From NCBI RefSeq assembly GCF_009914755.1, contig NC_060925.1: a stretch of DNA of 64,000 bases. One strand, written 5' to 3'. This DNA is from the human T2T-CHM13v2.0 reference genome, Homo sapiens. Under the pieces are notes generated by a model. That model had not been told where the DNA came from. It made no database searches and saw only the letters and a program-made list of their open reading frames with translations. Made by a program: the position numbers and the translations under genes. This document shows, piece after piece, positions 55,103 through 64,000 of the stretch (positions within the stretch are counted from its first letter, which is position 1; every line of letters starts with the position of its first letter).

Positions 55103-55938
55103 AATTTGCACTTCCTAATGACAATAGTGAACATCTTTTTATATGCTTAGTTTTCATCTATATATATTTTCTGATGAGGTTTTTGTTATGCTCTTTTACC
55201 AGTGTTTTAATTGGGTTGTTTTCTTATTGTTGACTTTTAAGAATTCTTTGTGTACTTTGTATACATGTACTTTACCATACATGTATATTTTAAATATTTT
55301 TTCCTAGTGTGTGGTTGTCTTTTCTTTAACAGTGTCTTTCACAGAGCAAGTTTTAATTTTAACGAAGTCCAACTTAACTAACTTTTTCTTCCATGGATGA
55401 CACTTTTGGTGTTGTATCTAAAATAGCACCACCAGATGCAAGATCATACAGGTTTTTTTCCTTTTTTCTTATGGAAGTTTTATAGTTTTGCATTTTACAT
55501 TTAGGTCTATGATCCATTTTGAGTTAATTTTTGTGTAAGGTGTGAGATCTCTGCTTAACTTCATTTTTCTCGATGTTGATATACAATTTTGCACACCTTG
55601 TTGAAAAGACTTTTTTTCTCCACTGAATTACCTTTATGCTTTTGTCACAAATCAGTTGAGTATATTTGTGTGGGTCTATTTCTGAGCTCTCTTTTCTCTT
55701 CCATTGGTTTATTGATCTTTCACTAACACCATGCTGACTTGATTACTGTCGCTTTATAGTTAAGTCTTGGAAATGGGTAGTGTGAGTCCTCCAACTTTGT
55801 TCTTTTTCAGCATTGCGTATGCTATTCTAGGCCCTTTGCTCCTCCTTCACTGAATTTTAAAATTTAAAAACTAAAATAAAAATGGTTAATCCTCAGAGAT
55901 GCACTATAAATGTGATGTTTCTTTAATTCATTTTTCAG

Positions 55939-56257
55939 GTGGTTCTTTGAAGCTCTGAAGTATCCCAAGTTTTCTAAAGCTATCGTTATCAATGGAATAC
56001 TCATGACAGTAGTATTCTTCATCGTGCGGATTGCCTCAATGCTTCCTCATTATGGCTTCATGTATTCCGTGTATGGAACAGAACCCTACATAAGGCTTGG
56101 AGTTTTAATCCAGTTATCCTGGGTCATTAGTTGTGTTGTTTTGGATGTGATGAATGTCATGTGGATGATCAAAATTTCAAAAGGTTGCATCAAAGTCATC
56201 TCTCACATCAGACAAGAGAAAGCCAAAAATAGTCTTCAGAATGGAAAACTTGATTAA
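55939..56257 (+). CDS. TLCD4: TLCD4 terminal coding exon; (R)[35 protein letters not shown]...[10 protein letters not shown]
   Basis: tttttcAG acceptor; 319 nt to TAA at 56255-56257; FFxxR TLC motif; total CDS 792 nt = 263 aa; overlaps ORF track 56003..56257. Confidence 0.95.
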
Positions 56258-56387
56258 AAGAGTGCTACCGATAAGCAAACTTCATTACTACCCAGCATAT
56301 CTGCTGATAGGATGAATTCTTGGCATGTTCTTGTGTACCTTTCTTAATTATAATTGTTATTCAGGATTTCAGTGTCATTTTTTTTAA

Positions 56388-56729
<342 letters not shown>

Positions 56730-59700
56730 TCATCCCAAGATGTCTTTTCTGCCTTTCTTTTGCCTTATTTACAAGCATGGATAAAAATCTTAAAGGTTTA
56801 AATAAAAATGATCAATATAATGGTGAATCTTTTGAGAAATCTCTTAACTGCATTGGTATTTTTTCTCTGTGAAAGATGACTATGATAATCTGGTACAAAT
56901 GGTTTTATGTCACCAATTTTGCTGCAAGAATGGGAACTGCTTTTAAATCTGTAAATAGCTCTTAACATTTGTTGTATGCACTCTTTTCTTACTATGGCTG
57001 TCAACACTTGTGTAGGGTTTAATTTCTAAATTGTTGGCATGTTCTTTTTCTCAGGCTATTCAGAAGTAACAACATTTTTCATTTCAGACATGCAATCACC
57101 TATTAATGATGAAATATTTTACCACTTTGGGAATATTTAATTAGTTTAGTCATGGAGAATACTTCCCACATTTTAAGATTTTTCAAATATCACTGTCATT
57201 TCTATTTTAGCATTTTATCAAATTATTGCTTTTTTATTTTATAATAAGGCTTAAGACAGATTATAGACCTCCTTAAGAGATGAGTTTCTTCTTCTAAAAA
57301 TGCATGTTGATAGAGGACTATTTAGGCTAATCGGAGGAATCATTAAGAAAGAAAGTTTTAACACTGTTTATCCCTATCTGCTTTCCTTGCACTTTTTCTG
57401 TGAAAAATATTTTCTGTTTGCAAAATCTTCCCTGAGTTCTGAACCCAGCACCATCAGTACCAAAGTCTTATGCAATATGTATTTATTATGCTCCTGAAAT
57501 AGGCCTCTTCTTGATGAGACCCAAACTATTACAAAAATATCAGTATTCATATTTTACTCACAATTCATACCCGTGCTTACTTAGTTGGCATTTTAGTGCT
57601 TTGAATTTCTATCTTAAAGCACAGAAAAAAAAAGGTAATTTAATCCAAGTATTCTATCATCAAAATTATTGTCTGATTATATGAAGATAAATGACTGGCG
57701 ACTCTGGTTGTGTGTGTATGTGTTTTGCTTTTACTTTAATTCTTGCAATCCAAATATAGAATTATATATTTATCTATTATTGCCTTTATTCTTTAAGCAC
57801 TTGAGTTTAATGATTATTCTTACCTGAGAAAGGAAGAAATTTAATTCTACCAGTGATGAATACTTGAAATTAATTGAACTCATACCAAAAGATGTAATCC
57901 AGTTTCTCAGTTTGAAGGAGAACGTTTGACTCACTTTCATTGTTCATGCTAGCTGAATATAATCAAGACTTTTGATTTGATTTGCTTTTATTATTCAATG
58001 CAGATAGAGCCTGATAAGTTTTAGAACATTTAAAGAAGATTGAAATCTCAGTCAGTAACTAAATGATAAAATGAGATTGATTGGCTTATACTAGGTACAT
58101 TTATTTTTGAAAGAATTAATGTAAAATAATAGTTATTTTTAAAGCAGCTAATATTACACTGATAATTTGTTGCTAAATTTAGTGCTGTCCACATCATAGG
58201 TGCTTAAATATGTACTGGTTAACTAGAGGGGGGTAGGAAAGCAAGCGGTTTTATCTTGTTCTTACCTTTTTGCAGGAAAAGTGGCTTTAAAAAAATTTAT
58301 ATAATAAAACTATTTTGGAAATTCATTCTTTTAGAAAGAGACCTTGAGATAAATATTTTTTGACTCTGGATATTTCTATAGTTCTGAACACAGATTTTAA
58401 ACCCACTATCAAAATGAAAACAATATAAAGCTATATTAGTGAGTCTCCATGTAGCAGTTTGTTTTTATAGTTACTGTTTCATGCTTAAAACTTCATTCTT
58501 ACTTTCATTAATGTTACCCTTCACTGGTATAGCCACTCACTAAATAAGTATATTTAAAACATCAAAATTTTGAACTAAAGTTTGTGATTCTCTTATTCAG
58601 CAATCCTTATCTTATGCTGGCTGCATGAGTTAATTCAACATCCAGATTAAATATCCTGAAGTAGGTTCTATATATTTCCTCATACAACAGACATGGAATG
58701 GAAATGCCACTAGAAACTGCCCTGCTACTTTTAAGTCTGACCTTTGCAGGAGGTACACTTTGCTGTTCTATGATTGTATTCACCTACCTAAAATACAAAT
58801 GAAGACAGAACATATCATTTACTGCACGATGAATTTTTCATTTATTAAATGAAAAACGTTTGCTAGACATTTTAAATATTAAGTATTTTGACTACACGGA
58901 TTAATTTAAATGATTCTATCAGGCATTCTGATATTTAACAACTCTATTAAAATATTTATAGAAAAATAAAAGCAAATTGATATAAATTTTTGAGCAATTC
59001 TATTTTTGTAGAAAAAAGATAACCTGTAATTATAAAGATGTTTTTTGAATGTGTAGTATCCTAGAAAATAAAAGTTCTTGTGAAACTTAAAAAATGAATG
59101 AAAACCAACTAATAGCATGCAAGATCATAGATCCTGCATTAAATTTTTATTTGTGAAAATTTGAAAATTATGAGCTATAACTTATAAAGTTTGCCTTCTT
59201 ATGTCTAAAATCTTTTAAAGGATTATTTGCATTTATGTAAAACTGGAAATGAAGTTATATATGAGTGCAAAGAAATTGACTTCTGCTCAAATATGTGTTG
59301 ATACCCTACAGTAAATTGAATTAAATTTTTATCCCAACTGTTTGATTTTATTATTTCATGGACTAGCCTTACGTTAAGTGAAATACTATTTATGTTGTTA
59401 CCACCCCTAAGAGTGACTCTGATATATTATGGATGACCCAGGACGGTCTTAAAGGTCTAGTTTTAAAAACTGCCTAGTTTGTAAGTATTTGAATCCAGTT
59501 CTTTTCTAAATTTTAATAATTTGACTCAAAATTTTTGCTACAGGGTCAACTTTTAAATTGTATATTTCCTCTGAGGCACACTGGGCATTTGGAGAATGGT
59601 TCTTCACTGGTGTAGAGAGCCAGGTTTACTGTTGGTTGCACCATCTGTTATCAGGCATGCAGAAACATTTTTCTTCTGGAGAAACAGAGGGGAAGGTGTT

Positions 59701-61967
59701 GTTACAGTGTACATGTTTCCTCTGTGTCGTTTTTAAGGGAAATAAACATGTTCCAAAAGATGCTGTTAAAATAAATATTTGAACACGTTTTCTGTTTCTA
59801 GGTTGCTCTTAATTCCAAACATTTAAATAAATGTGCATTTGAATAGCTTTAGGTGGTTTAGTCTATTAGCTGAAATGGAAAAGTTCATGTATTGACATCA
59901 TCAATAATACTTCATAAAGGTTTATGTATTTTTATGTGTTTGGATTCCATAAGAAGTTGAACTTAGATAATTTTATCAAGAGTAGCACAGTGTTTCTCAG
60001 GTGCGAGCCAGCATACAGCGAGACCCTTCATGTGTCTCTGGATGCACATATATCTTCCCAACCTTAAACACAGCTCATTGAAATACATTAAAGCTACTGA
60101 AAGTGAGTTCTGATGCAAAACACATGTGAGGTGTGTAGGAACAATGAAAAGCTAGAGGATCTGGAGTTAGAGGAGGCATTGAGAGTGCTTTTCCCTTAAA
60201 CGCCGTGATAGTCCTCCCTTGATCTAGAAGTATTCTCTTTGAATCCTTCCATCTCTTCCTCCTGGTACACCAGATGACTTCATCAGCATCTCCCTCTTTT
60301 ATGCTAACACCTTTCGCTGTCAACTTTTGAGACCTCCCCATGTATCTATAAGCTTCCCAGTCTCTTATGGCAAATTTAAAAGTTTACAAATAGGTTCTCT
60401 CATTGAAAAAAAGCATTGTAGTAAAGTTTAAAGTGGAGCTCAGACAAATCATGACTTATTAAGAGACTACAGGAAGCCATTCAGCATTTAATAATAACTG
60501 TTTACAACATGAGGCAAAGCTAATAATGTTATGGTTTTATTAAGAGATCTGTCATCTCTGTTTTTCTTAAACTGGTTTAACAGTCAGAGCTTTGTAATGT
60601 GTTTCAGCTGAAGATTTATTATAGGCTTGTAAATTATCTAAATGTTCTTTTTAGACCCCATGACAGGAGCACAGAGGAACTGAGATAACTCTGTGTTATG
60701 AGAGGGTGGATGCTGGCTTGTGCCAAAATTATTTTAGAGTCCTGCTCTTTAGGGAAAACTTTGCTATGGTAATGTTTCTTTGAAAACAAATTTACCAGCA
60801 ACTGCGTTACTTGGTGTTTTCCAAAGTACAACATCCAAGGCTTGAACCTTACCCGTTTCTAGGCCAGACTAGGCCAGCCTCTAGTTTTGATAATAATTCA
60901 TACCTTTATTGGAATATATTTTGGATAGCAGTGAAGAATTGAAAGCAGCTCCTAAAGATTGGTTTGTTTGCTTTGAAAATGTTTACACTTATTCACTCTA
61001 AGCAGTGGACCATTTTGATATCAGGCCCTATACATAAGACCAAAACCAGAAATATTTCTAAATCTCAAAGATTTATAAGTACAGTACCTCTGGCTGAAAA
61101 CTCGTTAAACATCTTTGGATATTTTTTCTTTATATCTTTATGTAATTATTTCTGTAATTAAGTGTACATTAGGGTTATTTGCTACTTAACAAGCCTAAAG
61201 GTATAGCTGTATATAGAATGTGCTCTGTGTTTTTCTGTTTCCTGCTTGGTTTGTTTCTGGTATGACTATGTCTACTTTTTATTTAAGGAATTTTGTGTAG
61301 ATAATACTCTCACTAACTTGTAAATAGGATAAGTTATGAGATTTTTTGGTATTAGAATTTGTAATAATAATGACTTTTAGATTTTATTTGAAAAAGCTAC
61401 TTGGAAAGCAGTAAATAGAACTATAGTGATATATATAGATACATAGATATATACTTTTTTCTGAGAATGTATAATATATAATTGTCAAAGATTTTTGGAA
61501 GTCTTTCAAAATATACTTAATACCATTTTGAGAACATACCTTCTAATTTATTTCCATAAGGCTGAAGAACTTTTATTTACAAAATGTAAGACTAGATAAT
61601 GTATGAATCAGTGTTACTAGGACTTATCAGTACTTAAAATAGCAACTTGGCATTCTTTATTTTGTTTCCTGGTTGTTTTATTTGGAGGGATAATAAATGT
61701 CTAAGTTATTTCCATTAAAATTTTGAAATGTTTGTATACTTTATGTGTGCCATTTTAAAGTATATGCAAGTTCTAAGCAATAATCTGCATGTTATACAAG
61801 GTTGACATATTTTGTCCTGAAATTTTTAGTTAACATTTCAAGAATGATAAAATGAACACCCTGTAAATTACCCTTCTCCCCCTCCCCTCCATGAAAACCT
61901 TGGGATTTTCTTGTGCTAGAACACTACCACAATGTGGTGCAAAGCTTTGTATTTTGTGGAAAAAAAC

Positions 61968-61973
61968 AATAAA
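61968..61973 (+). terminator. Probable distal polyadenylation signal AATAAA
   Basis: AATAAA with upstream TGTA elements and GT/T-rich sequence downstream, near the end of the repeat-poor block. Confidence 0.5.
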
Positions 61974-63339
61974 ATCACAATTATTTAGTGCAAAAGTTTG
62001 TCTGCAAGGTGTATACTTTAATAGTAATTAATGAATAGATTAATGATAAAATTATGTTCTGCAAATCAAATAATCTCTTCTAGCACCTTAATCCTAAAGG
62101 TAAATTTTTATTCCTCAGGATGCTTGTAGAGCTTGCTTATTTCCTTCCCTCCCTTTCTCCCCACTGAGGTCACAGCTTGGTAGCAAACCAGCAGGAGTTG
62201 CAACCATTTTAGTCATGCTTGTTAATGAAAGGAATGGTGCTGTCTAATCGATTTGTTCTTTTAGATTAAGTAAAACTTTGGCAGTTGTGTTTTTAATCTC
62301 CTTACCTTTGTCCCTAGGCCTCTTATGTGGTCTCTAGTGCTTTTTGCTGAATGTCTTGGCTGGAATTCCTACCTTCTCAAATTGCCTGTGGTCTTAAATC
62401 CTGCATCTTGGTCTGAGAATATCCAGTAGGTCAGGAAGCAGAGCACTAATTGAATACTGAAGAGGTTTGCCTATGGAGAGTACCATGAGTCATGCTTCAG
62501 AACATGCCTAAAATGTTGTGTCCAGACTGGCAAAGGAACAGCTGAATTTCAGAATGAAAATAGCAGTCACAGCTGTCAGTGGAGATAGGCCACAGGTGAT
62601 ATTACAAGTATTCAGAGCTACTTGAAGCAAGTGTAAATGGGGTCTCTGCCACACCTCAGGCTGTTTCAGACATGATCCATGTTTTGTTCTTCTATCTAGT
62701 CTTTTTCTAAAAGTCTGCTTACTGCTTTCCTTCCCTTTTGATGGTCCTTCAGCATGCATAAAATAAGTGATTTGACAAATTTGTAACTGTTCCCTATGCT
62801 AGTAACTGGTCTTCTGACAGACGTTCCTAGATGCCTCCCCCCCAAAAAATTGGACTCTTCATCTAAGGGTGGTGCACACCACCCTCTGCTTGAGTAGCTG
62901 TGCCCATTGTCATTTTTGGCACAGTGCTCCTAGATCCTCCCTGCCATTGCTGCCTAGTCCCTTTCTCTTTTCATCTACCTCCAGCTAAATTCAATTACCA
63001 TATCTAGTCTTGTCATCTTACCAGATCATGGATTATACCAGCAGAAATTACCTGTGGAGAACTTTTGAAAGGGACTTGTACAGAAAAGGAAAGGCAATAG
63101 GGATGATAGGCTGGATGATTGGCTGTATTTCTGTTGAGGATAAAAGATGGAAAGGTGGATATTTGGAAAGAATGACACCAAGGAAAGAGGAAGGGACTTC
63201 AGAGAACAGAAAAAATAAGAAAATGTTATGTATATATACATTGCATTTTGGGTGACAGGAACCTATCAGGGAAAAAATGAATATAGTAAAATTCCTATAC
63301 ATGGTATCAAGAGTATAAGAAGTTACAACTTTTCTCAGA

Positions 63340-63459
63340 ACCAGGCATGGTAGCCCTGTTACTTGGGGAGGCTGAGGTGGGAGGACCACTTGAGCCCAGG
63401 AGTTTCAGTTCAGCCTGAGCTACATAGCAAGACCCTGTCTCTAAGGAAAAAAAAAAAAA
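63340..63459 (+). mobile_element. Alu monomer (FLAM-like)
   Basis: ccaggcatggtagc...gcaagaccctgtctct + A tail. Confidence 0.7.
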
Positions 63460-64000
63460 GTTTTGTGACTTTTCTGTGTTGAATACGTACATATTCATTA
63501 TATATGCTTCTCTATATGTATGTAGGTGGGTGTATATACATGTATAAAGTACACTGTTGTGGACAGAAAGGATGTATGAATGGATGAGGCACAAGAGGGT
63601 AGAATTTTGTTTGAATTGTCAATTAGAGCAATTTGGAAAGAGTGAGGTGCCTAAAATCCTACAGTAACCATGAAGAAGCATCTTAATCTGAGTCTTAGTT
63701 TTGTTATCTGTAAAATAATCTCTGATGTTCCTTCCAACTCTCCCATCCTATTAGTAAGAGCTTTAGTTTGAAACGAGGCAATCAGGAAGGAACAAGTGTA
63801 GCTTTGAAGGCTTAATAATATGATTTAAATGACATTCAAGGAAGATTCTCAGTGTCAAATTAGATGAATGAGAGTACAGAAGAGGTTTAGTGATGGAGAA
63901 ACTGGCCAAGGACCTGCAATGTAGTTAAGTCTGATGGCTGGCATGGGACAAGGAAGATAAATAAAGGGTCTGACCTGATAAATATCAGAGAGAGAGGTAA

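Noticed and set aside
61925-61952. Small stem-loops (accac-aat-gtggt; caaagctttg) before the distal poly(A) signal
   Set aside because: Stems are about 5 bp and expected by chance; the loop does not fit a Roquin CDE or IRE consensus.
62866-62885. 9-bp inverted repeat agggtggtg-ca-caccaccct
   Set aside because: Short, and may belong to a degenerate MITE; cannot support more.

Overview
Human (primate) genomic DNA, AT-rich and dense in repeats. It contains the full coding region of TLCD4 (TMEM56), a TRAM-LAG1-CLN8 (TLC) domain membrane protein, on the + strand. Six GT-AG coding exons (8322-8476, 13122-13211, 14628-14686, 15745-15839, 38214-38287, 55939-56257) sum to 792 nt = 263 aa + stop, followed by a ~5.7 kb AU-rich 3' UTR. 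The promoter and first non-coding exon appear to lie upstream of the window. The introns hold about 30 Alu copies or fragments, a full-length but inactivated antisense L1PA (22907-29036), solo LTRs (MER51-like, LTR14B-like, MLT1), DNA-transposon fossils (Tigger3, Tigger2a, Charlie1, MADE1, MER5A, MER58) and old L1M/L2/L3 fragments. Nearly all ORFs in the supplied track are repeat-derived noise. I see no convincing new multi-gene system. The most interesting small-scale signals are: (1) a TSD-flanked, A-tailed retrocopy of only the 5' 21 nt of tRNA-Glu (41946-42034); (2) an intact L1 ORF0 sense to the gene, whose second donor is phase-compatible with the last TLCD4 exon; (3) a perfect 31-bp inverted repeat (19251-19321); (4) one L1-endonuclease site used twice (Alu then L1), leaving three copies of the target sequence. 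Repeat subfamily names and boundaries come from recalled consensus sequences and are approximate.
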